Assembly: GCA_963702105.1 (NCBI GenBank)
Contig: OY969712.1
Span: forward strand, 4,232,388-4,296,387
Direction: 5' to 3'
DNA: 64,000 nt
Source: an uncultured Gammaproteobacteria bacterium
GTDB taxonomy: Bacteria > Pseudomonadota > Gammaproteobacteria > Steroidobacterales > Rariloculaceae
The notes beneath the pieces were generated by a model. The model made no database searches. It was not told the DNA's origin and saw only the letters and a program-made list of their open reading frames with translations. The position numbers were made by a program, and so were the translations under genes. Shown here in pieces: positions 7,835 to 16,405 of the stretch. Within the stretch, counting starts at the first letter, position 1; the number at the start of each line of letters is the position of its first letter.

Positions 7835-10800
7835 TCAGCGCCGGCGGAAACCTGCGCCGAGGCCGCCCCCGAGGCGGCGCCCCTCGCGGCCGCGCAGCGC
7901 CGCGAGCAGCAGCAAGGCACCGAGGCCGCCGAGACCGAAACCGCCACCGCCGCCACCGCCGCCCGAGGAAGGCGGCGGATTCGGCGATGACCCGCCACCG
8001 CTGGCCGCGGCGACCGTGACGGTGAACTTCTGCGTGGCCGTGGCGCCGGAGCCGTCCGTCGCGGTGATCTGCACCTGCGAATCACCGGCCGCCGTCGGCG
8101 TCCCGGATAAGGTCGCCGTGCCGTCGCCGTTGTCCACGAGCTGCAGGCCCGCGGGCAGGCCGGAGGCCGAGAACGCGATCGTATCGCCCGCGTCCGGATC
8201 CGTCGCCTTCACCGTGTAACTCACGGGCGTGCCGACCGTCGGCGCCGTGATGTCCGCGCCGGGCGTGCTCGTGAAACTCGGCGGTTGGTCGCCGCCCGCG
8301 GCCGCCGCAACGCTGATCGTGAAGTTCTGCGTCGCCGTTGCGCCCGCGCCGTCCGTCGCCGTGAGCGCCACGTCGACGTCGCCGGCGGCTTCGGGCGTGC
8401 CGGCCAGCGTCGCGGTTCCGTCACCGTTGTCCGTGAGCGTAAGCCACGCCGGCAGCCCAGCGGCCGAGAGCGCGATCGTGTCGCCTTGGTCGGGATCCGC
8501 GGCCGTTACGGAATAGCTGTACGGCGTACCGGCAGTGGCATCCGTCACCGGCGTGCTCGTAAAGCTCGGGGGCTGATTGTTCCCCGTTCCACCCGCTGCG
8601 GCCACCGTGATCGTGAACGTCTGGGACGCCGTGGCGCCGGCCGCGTCGGCGACCTGAAGCTCGACGTTCGCATCGCCCACGTCATCCGCCGTTGGAGTCC
8701 CGGTCAGCGTCCCCGTGCCGTCGGCGTTGTCCGTGAACTTCAACCACGCTGGCAACGTCGGCGCCGTCAGCGTCAACATGTCCCCGGTATCGGGGTCGGA
8801 GGCCTGCACCTGGTAGCTGTAGGCAGCGTCCTGCGTGGCATCGGTCACGGGCGTGCTCGTGAAGCTCGGCGCCTGATTGCTGCCGCCGCCCGCGGCCGCG
8901 GCGACGCTGATCGTGAACGTCTGCGCGGCCGTCGCGCCTGCGGCGTCCGTGGCCGTGAGCTGCACGGCAACGTCGCCCACGTCGTCCGCGGTCGGCGTTC
9001 CCGTGAGCGTGCCCGTGCCGCCGCCGTTGTCCGTGAACTGCAGCCAGGCCGGCAGCCCCTGGGCGGTCAGGGTGATCGTATCGCCCTCGTTCGGATCCGC
9101 CGCCGTCACGGAATATGTGTACACGGCACCCGCCGTCGCGGCCGTGACCGGTGTGCTCGTGAAACTCGGCGGCGCGTTGCCCTCCGCGACCGTGATCGTG
9201 AAGTCCTGCGTCGCCGTCTCGCCGACCGAGTCCGTGACGACGAGCTCGACGGGCTGAGCGCCCACGTCGGTGGACTGTGGCGTGCCGGTCAGCGTTCCGG
9301 TCCCGTCGCCGTTGTCCGCGAAGACGAGCCATACCGGCAGCGTCGGCGCCGACAGGGTCAGCGTGTCGCCCGCATCCGGGTCCGCCGCCGCGATGTTGTA
9401 GGTGTAAGCGGCGTTTGCGGCGGCGCTCGTCGGCGGCGTGCTCGTGAAGCTCGGCGCCATATCCGAGTTCGACGTCGTGATCGTGAACGTTTGCTTCGTC
9501 GTGTGTGTGCCGTCGCTCGCATCGATCTCGACGGCGCTCGCACCCTCGGCGCTCGCCGGTGGGGTCCCGGTCAGCTTCGCCGTGCCGTCGCCGTTGTCCG
9601 CCAACGCGAGCCAGGCGGGCGCGTTCGGCGCCGTGAGCGTGAGCGTGTCGCCATTGGGATCCGTGGCCGTCACGTCGTACTCGTAGGCGGTGCCCACCGT
9701 CGCGTCCGTCACCGGTGTGCTCGTAAACGTTGGGGAGTCCTGCGTGAGCGTCAGCGTGTCGATCGCGAGCGCCGGCGCGCCCGTCGTCGCCTCGGGCGAG
9801 AGCGACTTGAACTGGGCGCGCCACCTCACGTCCTGCCCCTGCATGGAAGCCGGAATCGCGAGCGGCGTCCCGTTCGGCACGATGTGCAGCCAGTTCGTTC
9901 CGCCGTTGCTCGTGACCCAGAAATCGGCGTTGTTGTGGAGGCCGAGTGTCGCGGGATCGATCGTCATCGCGATCGACGCCACGGGACTTGCCGGCGTCGC
10001 AACCGTCTGCGACTGCGCCTTCGCGTGAAGCTGCACGGCTGCGGCGGAGTCGCTCGCGACGCCGGCATTGAGGTAGACGCGGTCCACGAAAGGATGTGCG
10101 TGATCGGCCGCGTCGCGGTCCTCATTGCCGACGACGAGATCGATCTTTCCGTCGCCGTTGAGGTCGCCCGCCGCGATGTAGTTCGTAATGTCCTTCTCCT
10201 GGCCGAGCTCGACGTTCGTGAACGTCTGCCCCGTGCCGTCATTGAGAAGGATTCGATTCGTGTAACGCGGATTCGTGGCCGCGTCGGCCAATCCGGCCGT
10301 CGAAAGAATGATGTCGATGTAACCGTCGTTGTTGACGTCGGCGACGGCAACCCTGTGGACGTTGGCCGGGTCGCCCGGCGTGGTCACCGCGATGCCCGTG
10401 ACCTGACCGAAGGGGTCGGCCGGGTTCGTCGTGTTCAGATACACCTTCACGGGCTGGTCCGCGTTGAAGTTGCCGACGACGATGTCCAGGAAGCCGTCCC
10501 CGTTTAAATCCGCGAGCGCGCCGGACTGGGAGTTGTCGGCCGCGCTACCGAGGTTGTGACACGCGAAGTGCCCGGCCCCGTCGTTGAGACAATAGCGATT
10601 GACCTCGTTCTCGTTCATGAACGCGAGATCTATGGAGCCATCGTTATTGAGATCGCCGGCCAGGACCTCCTGGCTGTTGCCGAAGTCGATGCGCTGGCCG
10701 CTGACGCCGCCGCTGCCGAAGGGCGCGGCCGGGTCCCCGGTGTTGAGATAGGCGAGGTCGGCCCACTTGTCGTTGTTGGCCGTGACGACGTTGAGATGGC

Positions 10801-11449
10801 CGTCGCCGTTGATGTCGGCGAGAACGATCGAGTCCGTCGCCGGCGCCTGGGACGTAATGTCCGACTCCCGGTACGTAACGCCGTCACCCGAGTTCAGATA
10901 CAGATGCGGCGGCTGATTCAGATTGCCGGCGACCACGTCCAGGAAGCCGTCCCCGTTCACGTCGCCCACGGCTATGCTGCGCGTATTGGCGTTGCTCGAC
11001 CCGAGTGACGAGATGTTCGGGAAGTTACCCATGCCGTCGTTGAGGTAAATGACGTTGACGCCGTCCGTGCCGGCCACGATGTCCGGCGAGCCGTCGCCGT
11101 TCATGTCGGCAATCGCGAGACCCCGCGTCGTCTGCACGGCGCCCGGAAGATCGGTCCCGGTGCTGGTCGGCCCGAAGGGGTCCGTCAGCGGCGTCGCGGT
11201 CGGCATCGTGAGCATGCCGGCCGTGGTGGCGCCCCAGTCGGCCGTCGTGTTGGCCGCATCGCTCAGCGACGCCCCGTCGAACGTTTCCTGAAATGGAAGA
11301 CCGGTCGTCGCCGCGTAAAGGGCGGCCGCCGAAAGTGTCGCCGCGACCGCAGCCACGACCAGACGCACGCCGCGGCCGCGCGGGCCGGCGGCCCTTTTCA
11401 CTTCCTTCCGTTGGCTGTAAGGCTCCTCGAACAATGCCTTTCGGTTCAT
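7835..11449 (-). CDS. large surface/secreted protein: 7 FG-GAP/VCBS (integrin-alpha-like) repeats, 6 Ig-like (dystroglycan/cadherin-type) repeats and a C-terminal Gly-rich/TM/Arg sorting-signal-like tail
   Basis: ATG at 11449 follows AGGTGGAG. FG-GAP loops are DMNGDGSPDIVAG, DVNGDGFLDVVAG, DINGDGHLNVVTA, DLNNDGSIDLAF, DLNGDGFLDIVVG, DVNNDGYIDIILS and DLNGDGKIDLVVG. There are six ~97-aa repeats of the form PSFTSTPVTDAT..Y.Y.V.A.DPD.GDT..L.A..LPAWL...DNGDGT..L.GTP. The tail is GGGGGGGGFGLGGLGALLLLAALRGR. Confidence 0.85.
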   Translation of the reverse strand: MNRKALFEEPYSQRKEVKRAAGPRGRGVRLVVAAVAATLSAAALYAATTGLPFQETFDGASLSDAANTTADWGATTAGMLTMPTATPLTDPFGPTSTGTDLPGAVQTTRGLAIADMNGDGSPDIVAGTDGVNVIYLNDGMGNFPNISSLGSSNANTRSIAVGDVNGDGFLDVVAGNLNQPPHLYLNSGDGVTYRESDITSQAPATDSIVLADINGDGHLNVVTANNDKWADLAYLNTGDPAAPFGSGGVSGQRIDFGNSQEVLAGDLNNDGSIDLAFMNENEVNRYCLNDGAGHFACHNLGSAADNSQSGALADLNGDGFLDIVVGNFNADQPVKVYLNTTNPADPFGQVTGIAVTTPGDPANVHRVAVADVNNDGYIDIILSTAGLADAATNPRYTNRILLNDGTGQTFTNVELGQEKDITNYIAAGDLNGDGKIDLVVGNEDRDAADHAHPFVDRVYLNAGVASDSAAAVQLHAKAQSQTVATPASPVASIAMTIDPATLGLHNNADFWVTSNGGTNWLHIVPNGTPLAIPASMQGQDVRWRAQFKSLSPEATTGAPALAIDTLTLTQDSPTFTSTPVTDATVGTAYEYDVTATDPNGDTLTLTAPNAPAWLALADNGDGTAKLTGTPPASAEGASAVEIDASDGTHTTKQTFTITTSNSDMAPSFTSTPPTSAAANAAYTYNIAAADPDAGDTLTLSAPTLPVWLVFADNGDGTGTLTGTPQSTDVGAQPVELVVTDSVGETATQDFTITVAEGNAPPSFTSTPVTAATAGAVYTYSVTAADPNEGDTITLTAQGLPAWLQFTDNGGGTGTLTGTPTADDVGDVAVQLTATDAAGATAAQTFTISVAAAAGGGSNQAPSFTSTPVTDATQDAAYSYQVQASDPDTGDMLTLTAPTLPAWLKFTDNADGTGTLTGTPTADDVGDANVELQVADAAGATASQTFTITVAAAGGTGNNQPPSFTSTPVTDATAGTPYSYSVTAADPDQGDTIALSAAGLPAWLTLTDNGDGTATLAGTPEAAGDVDVALTATDGAGATATQNFTISVAAAAGGDQPPSFTSTPGADITAPTVGTPVSYTVKATDPDAGDTIAFSASGLPAGLQLVDNGDGTATLSGTPTAAGDSQVQITATDGSGATATQKFTVTVAAASGGGSSPNPPPSSGGGGGGGGFGLGGLGALLLLAALRGREGRRLGGGLGAGFRRR
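7965..9720. repeat. six in-frame ~290-bp tandem coding repeats (Ig-like modules) inside the surface-protein gene
   Basis: The repeated peptide units listed above are visible in the track protein. Boundaries are estimated from residue counts. Confidence 0.75.
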
Positions 11450-11479
11450 CTGATTCTTCTCCACCTAGGACTTTTTCTT

Positions 11480-11513
11480 TGCGTGCCGGCAACGGCTGCG
11501 TGCCGGCAACGGC
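11480..11513. promoter_or_regulatory. perfect 17-bp tandem direct repeat (TGCGTGCCGGCAACGGC x2) in the leader of the surface-protein gene
   Basis: Read directly from the sequence, 31-64 nt upstream of the ATG at 11449. It is a candidate protein-binding site, but the function is unknown. Confidence 0.4.
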
Positions 11514-11611
11514 GAGTCGGGGACGCAGTCGAGCGCGTCATCGTCTGGTGGCCCCTGAATCGCGGTGACAATGGCTGTAGTCGTTGTGTTTGCCGTAACA
11601 GGAGGCCGCGA

Positions 11612-11627
11612 TGCAGGTTCTATGCCA
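11612..11627 (-). promoter_or_regulatory. sigma-54-like promoter element (TGGCAT-N5-CTGCA on the minus strand)
   Basis: The minus strand reads TGGCATAGAACCTGCA. GG and GC have the spacing of the -24/-12 consensus TGGCAC-N5-TTGCW. It lies ~165 nt upstream of the surface-protein ATG. This is a single-motif match only. Confidence 0.25.
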
Positions 11628-12012
11628 CGGCATGGAGCGGCACGAACGACCGCGTGCGGGGTTGAAATCGTTCCGGTATTTGCAACGTCCCTTTGATTTC
11701 GCGAAACGTCGCTGCGGCGTGCGCGGGCGGCATCCCGGCGTGGCCCGAGGCGGCGGCGGAGGCACTCCGCCGCGCGGCCGGGCGGGGCTCCGCTCGCGGC
11801 CCTCGGAGGGGCCTGCACGAAATCGCTTGGTAAAGCAAGCGGCTTCTGCTATCGTAGCGCCAGCCTAGAGCACGGTTCGGTCGGTGCTCGGCTTCTCGCG
11901 GTAACCCCAGTACTCGGCTAGCCTCGATAGTTCATCACATCAAACCAAAGGCTTTGCCTGGACCGAGCTCGGCATCGACCGAGCGGGCGCCGCCTGGAGC
12001 AATCGTCCCATC

Positions 12013-13332
12013 ATGTCTTTCGAAAGTCTCGGCCTCTCGGCCGAGTTAGTCCGCGGTGTCCGCGATAAGGGCTACCGCGAGCCCACCCCTGTGCAAGCCC
12101 AGGCCATCCCATTGATTCTCGAAGGCCGCGACCTGCTGGCCCGTGCCCAGACCGGCACCGGCAAAACGGCCGGCTTTACGCTGCCGATGCTGCAGCGGCT
12201 GGCGGCGGCGCAGCCGACGCGCAAACGCGCCCTCCGCGCTTTGATCCTGACGCCGACGCGCGAGCTCGCCGCGCAGGTGGCGCAAAGCGTCGCCGATTAC
12301 GGCGCACATCTTCCGCTTCGCTGCGCGACGTTGATCGGCGGCGTGAACATCCGCCCGCAGACAGCCGCGCTCGCGAAGGGCGTGGACATCGTCGTCGCAA
12401 CGCCCGGGCGATTGCTCGATCACCTCGGGCAAGGCAACATCGATCTCGGCCGCGTCGAGCTCCTCGTGCTCGACGAAGCCGATCGCATGCTCGACATGGG
12501 GTTCATTCACGACATCCGGCGCGTGCTTTCCGCCCTGCCGCGTGCCAAGCAGAGCCTGCTGTTCTCGGCGACCTTCACGCCCGAGATCCGCAAGCTCGCC
12601 GAGGGACTGCTCCGCACGCCCGCCGAGGTCGCAGTCGCGCCGCACAACGCGCCGGCCGAGCGCGTCGAGCATCGCGTTCATCCGGTTTCCCAGCATCGCA
12701 AGCGCGAGCTGCTCTCGCATCTGATCAGGTCGGGTGGCTGGGATCGCGTGCTCGTATTCACGCGCACGAAGCATGGCGCGAACCGGCTCGCGGGGCTGCT
12801 CGGCCGCGACGGGCTCGCGGCGGCGGCCATTCACGGCAACAAGAGCCAGTCGGCCCGCACGCGGGCCCTCGCGGACTTCAAGTCCGGCTCGGTGCGCGTG
12901 CTCGTCGCGACCGATATCGCCGCTCGCGGTCTCGATATCGTGGACCTCCCGCACGTCGTCAATTTCGAGCTGCCGAACGTTCCGGCCGACTACGTGCACC
13001 GCATCGGGCGGACCGGCCGCGCGGGGCGCGCCGGCCACGCGGTCTCGCTCGTGAGCGCCGAGGAAAAGGGCCTTTTGGCGGACATCGAATCGCTGCTGCG
13101 CCAGCCGCTCGCGCGCACGGTCGTCCCGGGCTTCGAGCCGGATGCGCAGGAACGGGCCGCGCCGGCCGGCGAGCGCGGCGAGCGGCGCGGCGGGCCGGCA
13201 CGGGGACCACGCAGCGACGGCGATGCCAGGGCGCCCGCCCGTCCAGGCAACGGCAGCGGCCGTGGGAAGCGCGGGGCGAGGCACGGAGGGGCCGGGCGCG
13301 GCCCAAGACAGGTGGCGCCCGAGCGCCATTGA
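12013..13332 (+). CDS. rhlE: ATP-dependent DEAD-box RNA helicase RhlE
   Basis: Motifs [19 protein letters not shown] (LVLDEADRM), SAT and [12 protein letters not shown]-rich C-terminal tail. Confidence 0.9.
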   Translation: MSFESLGLSAELVRGVRDKGYREPTPVQAQAIPLILEGRDLLARAQTGTGKTAGFTLPMLQRLAAAQPTRKRALRALILTPTRELAAQVAQSVADYGAHLPLRCATLIGGVNIRPQTAALAKGVDIVVATPGRLLDHLGQGNIDLGRVELLVLDEADRMLDMGFIHDIRRVLSALPRAKQSLLFSATFTPEIRKLAEGLLRTPAEVAVAPHNAPAERVEHRVHPVSQHRKRELLSHLIRSGGWDRVLVFTRTKHGANRLAGLLGRDGLAAAAIHGNKSQSARTRALADFKSGSVRVLVATDIAARGLDIVDLPHVVNFELPNVPADYVHRIGRTGRAGRAGHAVSLVSAEEKGLLADIESLLRQPLARTVVPGFEPDAQERAAPAGERGERRGGPARGPRSDGDARAPARPGNGSGRGKRGARHGGAGRGPRQVAPERH

Positions 13333-13450
13333 GAACGAGAGATCTCAGCGGCCGGCGCGGTGCCGGCGGCGAGACGGCGGGGCTTCTTTGTGATTTGGCC
13401 GCCCTGCCGCTACGGTTACGACAAATCACTTTTTCCGAGAACTGAACTAT

Positions 13451-13711
13451 ATGAACATCTATGTTGGGAACCTCGCTTACGGCGTGACGGAGGAACAGCT
13501 GCGTGGCGCCTTCGTCAAATTCGGCAACGTCACCCGCGTCAACGTCATCATCGATCGGGAGACGGGCCGCTCAAAGGGCTTCGGCTTCGTCGAAATGCCG
13601 GACGATTCCGCTGCCCACGCTGCGATCAAGGGCCTGAACGGCGTCGAGCTCGAAGGCCGCAGCTTGAAGGTCAGCGAGGCCCGTCCTCAGGAGCGTCGCC
13701 CGCGCTTCTAG
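13451..13711 (+). CDS. RNA-binding protein with a single RRM domain (Rbp-type)
   Basis: RNP-2 IYVGNL and RNP-1 KGFGFVEM. 86 aa. Confidence 0.9.
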   Translation: MNIYVGNLAYGVTEEQLRGAFVKFGNVTRVNVIIDRETGRSKGFGFVEMPDDSAAHAAIKGLNGVELEGRSLKVSEARPQERRPRF

Positions 13712-13725
13712 CCCTTCCGCCGGCC

Positions 13726-13756
13726 GGCCGCGGGCGCCTGCCGGGCGCCCGCGGCC
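13726..13756 (+). terminator. perfect 13-bp GC stem-loop downstream of the RRM gene
   Basis: GGCCGCGGGCGCC-tgccg-GGCGCCCGCGGCC, 15 nt after the stop codon. There is no clear U-tract, so it may be a terminator or an RNA-stability element. Confidence 0.4.
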
Positions 13757-13775
13757 GACTTCTCGGAGAGCTGAC

Positions 13776-15545
13776 TTGGGAGTGAACGCTTGGCTCACGA
13801 TGGGGATCGTGGGCCTCATGGTCGTTTTGCTGATCGGCACGCGTATCGCGGCCGATCTGTTGCTCGTCGCTGCGCTGACCGTCCTGATCCTCGCCAAGGT
13901 GATCTCGCCGGCCGACGCGCTCGCCGGACTCGGCAACCCCGGCCTCGCGACCGTCGCCGTCCTTTACGTCGTCGTGGCCGGCCTCGTCGACACCGGCGCC
14001 GTTCACGCCGTCGGGGCGCGCCTCCTCGGGCGCCCGAAATCCGTCTCCTCGGCGCTGCTGCGCCTCATGCTGCCCGTTACGGCCGTCAGCGCCTTTCTCA
14101 ACAATACGCCCGTCGTCGCCATGCTCGTGCCCGTCGTCGAGGACTGGGCCAAACGCTCGCGCATCTCGGTCTCGAAGCTCATGATCCCGCTGAGCTATGC
14201 GGCGATTCTCGGCGGCACCTGCACCTTGATCGGCACGAGCACGAACATCATCGTCAACGGCCTCGTGCAGCAGCGGACGAACCTCGATCCCATAGGCTTT
14301 TTCGCGATCGGCGCGCTGGGCCTGCCGACCGCCGTCGTCGGCGTGCTCTTCGTGCTCGCGGCGCACCGCTGGCTGCTGCCCGAGCGGCGCCCGCCGCTGC
14401 GTGATTCGGGCGAGGGGCGCGAGTACACGATGGAGATGCTGCTCGAGGAGACGAGCCCGATGATCGGCAAGAGCGTCGAGCAGGCCGGTCTGCGGCATCT
14501 GCCGGGCGCCTTCCTCGCCGAGATCGAGCGCGCCGACACCGTGCTTCCGGCCGTCGGGCCGGCCGAGGTCCTGCGGGCCGGAGACCGTCTCATGTTCGTC
14601 GGCGTCGTCGACTCGGTCGTCGACCTGCTGCGCATGCGCGGCCTCGTTCCCGCGCCCGAACAGCTGTTCAAGCTTTCGGCGCCGCGGCCCGAACGGCGCG
14701 TCGTCGAAGTGGTCGTCTCCGCGAGCTGCCCGCTCGTCGGCCGCACGGTCCGCGAGGGCCGGTTCCGCTCGCGTTACGACGCCGTCGTCATCGCGGCGGC
14801 CCGCAACGGCCGGCGGCTGCGTGGCAAGATCGGCGACATCGAGCTGCAGGTCGGGGACACGCTGCTGCTCGAGACGCGCCCGTCCTTCCCGACCCAACAG
14901 CGCAACTCGCGCGATTTCCTGCTCGTCAGCGAAGTGCAGAACGCCGCGCTGCCGCGCCACGACCGCGCCTGGCTAGCGGGGCTTATTCTCGCCGTCATGG
15001 TCGCCCTCGCCGCAACCGGCGCGCTCTCGATGTTCGAGGCTGCGCTCGTCGCCGCCGGCCTCATGCTCGCGACGCGCTGCACCACCGCGAGCGCCGCACG
15101 GGCGAGCATCGACTGGTCCGTCCTCATCGTCATCGGCGCCGCGCTCGGCATCGGCCGCGCGCTCGAAGCCAGCGGCGCGGCCCACGCCGTCGCCTCGGCC
15201 TCGATCGGCGCACTCGGCGGCAGCCCGTGGCTCGCACTGCTCGCGGTCTACATCGTCACGAGCGCATTCACGGCGCTGCTCACGAACAACGCCGCGGCCG
15301 TCATCGTATTCCCGATCGCGCAGGCCACCGCTCAATCCCTGGGCGTGAGCCTGTGGCCCTTCGTCTTCGTCATCATGATGGCGGCCTCGGCCAGCTTCGC
15401 GACCCCGATCGGGTATCAAACGAACCTCATGGTCTACGGACCCGGCGGGTATCGCTTCTCGGACTACGTGAGGTTCGGCTTGCCGCTCAACGTGCTGCTC
15501 GGAGCGATCGCCGTGTTGCTTGCGCCGGTGATCTGGCCGTTCTGA
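13776..15545 (+). CDS. SLC13/DASS-family permease with two central TrkA-C domains
   Basis: Many TM segments flank a cytoplasmic region (..GKSVEQAGLRHLPGAFLAEIER.. and ..GRTVREGRFRSRYDAVVIAAAR..) typical of TrkA-C pairs. The start is uncertain (TTG 13776, GTG 13782 or ATG 13800). Confidence 0.85.
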   Translation: MGVNAWLTMGIVGLMVVLLIGTRIAADLLLVAALTVLILAKVISPADALAGLGNPGLATVAVLYVVVAGLVDTGAVHAVGARLLGRPKSVSSALLRLMLPVTAVSAFLNNTPVVAMLVPVVEDWAKRSRISVSKLMIPLSYAAILGGTCTLIGTSTNIIVNGLVQQRTNLDPIGFFAIGALGLPTAVVGVLFVLAAHRWLLPERRPPLRDSGEGREYTMEMLLEETSPMIGKSVEQAGLRHLPGAFLAEIERADTVLPAVGPAEVLRAGDRLMFVGVVDSVVDLLRMRGLVPAPEQLFKLSAPRPERRVVEVVVSASCPLVGRTVREGRFRSRYDAVVIAAARNGRRLRGKIGDIELQVGDTLLLETRPSFPTQQRNSRDFLLVSEVQNAALPRHDRAWLAGLILAVMVALAATGALSMFEAALVAAGLMLATRCTTASAARASIDWSVLIVIGAALGIGRALEASGAAHAVASASIGALGGSPWLALLAVYIVTSAFTALLTNNAAAVIVFPIAQATAQSLGVSLWPFVFVIMMAASASFATPIGYQTNLMVYGPGGYRFSDYVRFGLPLNVLLGAIAVLLAPVIWPF

Positions 15546-15584
15546 ACGCGCTATGCCGTCGGCCGCACGATTCATGAACGGGTC

Positions 15585-15716
15585 GGCCGCACTCATGGAC
15601 GCCGTCGGCCGCACTCATGGACGCCGTCGGCCGCACTCATGGACGCCGTCGGCCGCACTCATGGACGCCGTCGGCCGCACTCATGGACGCCGTCGGCCGC
15701 ACTCATGGACGCCGTC
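15585..15716. repeat. 22-bp tandem repeat x6 (GGCCGCACTCATGGACGCCGTC)
   Basis: Perfect head-to-tail copies with no spacers. They are flanked on both sides by the related box GCCGTCGGCCGCACGATTCATGAACGGGTCGG (15555-15586 and 15711-15742). Confidence 0.9.
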
Positions 15717-15720
15717 GGCC

Positions 15721-15905
15721 GCACGATTCATGAACGGGTCGGGCGCCGCGGTTGGGGCGGAGGTTCGTGCATGAGGCCGCTGTCGGGACCGGCGTGAATC
15801 CGTCCCTGGAGCCTTCGTGCGCGCCATCCCTGGCGCTCACGATCCCGACAGCGGCCTCATGCACGAACCTCCTCTTCGACGTGGGCGGCCGTTCATGAAT
15901 CGTGC
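15721..15905. repeat. full-length nested-palindrome element (MITE/REP-like), copy 1
   Basis: 17-bp terminal inverted repeats GCACGATTCATGAACGG / CCGTTCATGAATCGTGC. Inner arms GGAGGTTCGTGCATGAGGCCGCTGTCGGGA / TCCCGACAGCGGCCTCATGCACGAACCTCC (15759-15872). Conserved core GCGCCATCCCTGGCGC plus CCGTGAATCCGTCCCTGG. Confidence 0.8.
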
Positions 15906-15979
15906 TGAATCCGCGCGGGGAACTCGCTCGAGCAAAGACGCCAGGTTCCTGCGCTCGTCGGAGCTCACGACGATCACAG

Positions 15980-16070
15980 CCGTCTCAGACCGACGTCTCG
16001 GGGCGGAGGTCTCGGCCCGAACTACCAACGTCTCGCGGCGAACGTCTCGGCGCCAACCACCGACGTCTCA
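15980..16070. repeat. degenerate ~35-bp units, inverted relative to the 16187-16404 array
   Basis: Units such as CCGACGTCTCGGGGCGGAGGTCTCGGCCCGAACTA contain GTCTCGGC and GGGCGGAGG. These are the reverse complements of GCCGAGAC and CCYCCGCCC in the right-hand array. Confidence 0.5.
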
Positions 16071-16192
16071 GGGCGGAGGGCTCGGCACAAGGGCGGTTTC
16101 GGGACGCTGAGCGCCAGGGATGGCGCTCAGCGAGCGCCCAGGGACGGGTTCACGGCGGTCCCGAAACCGCCCTTGTGCCGAGCCCTCCGCCC
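16071..16192. repeat. REP-like palindromic element, core copy 2
   Basis: Arms GGGCGGAGGGCTCGGCACAAGGGCGGTTTCGGGA / TCCCGAAACCGCCCTTGTGCCGAGCCCTCCGCCC. Core GCGCCAGGGATGGCGC ... CCAGGGACGGGTTCACGGCGGTCCCGA. Confidence 0.8.
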
Positions 16193-16404
16193 ACCCCACC
16201 GACGTATCGGCGCGGAGACCTCCGCCCAACCCACCGACGTGTCAGCGCGGAGACCTCCGCCCACCCCACCGACGTGTCAGCGCCGAGACCCCCGCCCACC
16301 CCACCGACGTGTCAGCGCCGAGACCCCCGCCCACCCCACCGACGTGTCAGCGCCGAGACCCCCGCCCACCCCACCGACGTGTCAGCGCCGAGACCCCCGC
16401 CCCA
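16187..16404. repeat. 35-bp tandem repeat, ~6.2 copies (CCGCCCACCCCACCGACGTGTCAGCGCCGAGACCC)
   Basis: Period 35 checked at 16191/16226/16261/16296/16331. The last four units are identical. The array abuts the stop codon of the minus-strand gene at 16406. Confidence 0.9.
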
Positions 16405-16405
16405 C

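Noticed and set aside
8285-10507. 740-aa plus-strand ORF antisense to the surface-protein gene (and several shorter ones, 8229-10028)
   Set aside because: Arg-rich low-complexity translation. The minus strand carries clear FG-GAP and Ig-like repeats, an RBS and a signal-like N-terminus.
15585-16404. Possible CRISPR array
   Set aside because: Both arrays (22-bp and 35-bp units) are strictly head-to-tail with no unique spacers. No cas genes are in the window.
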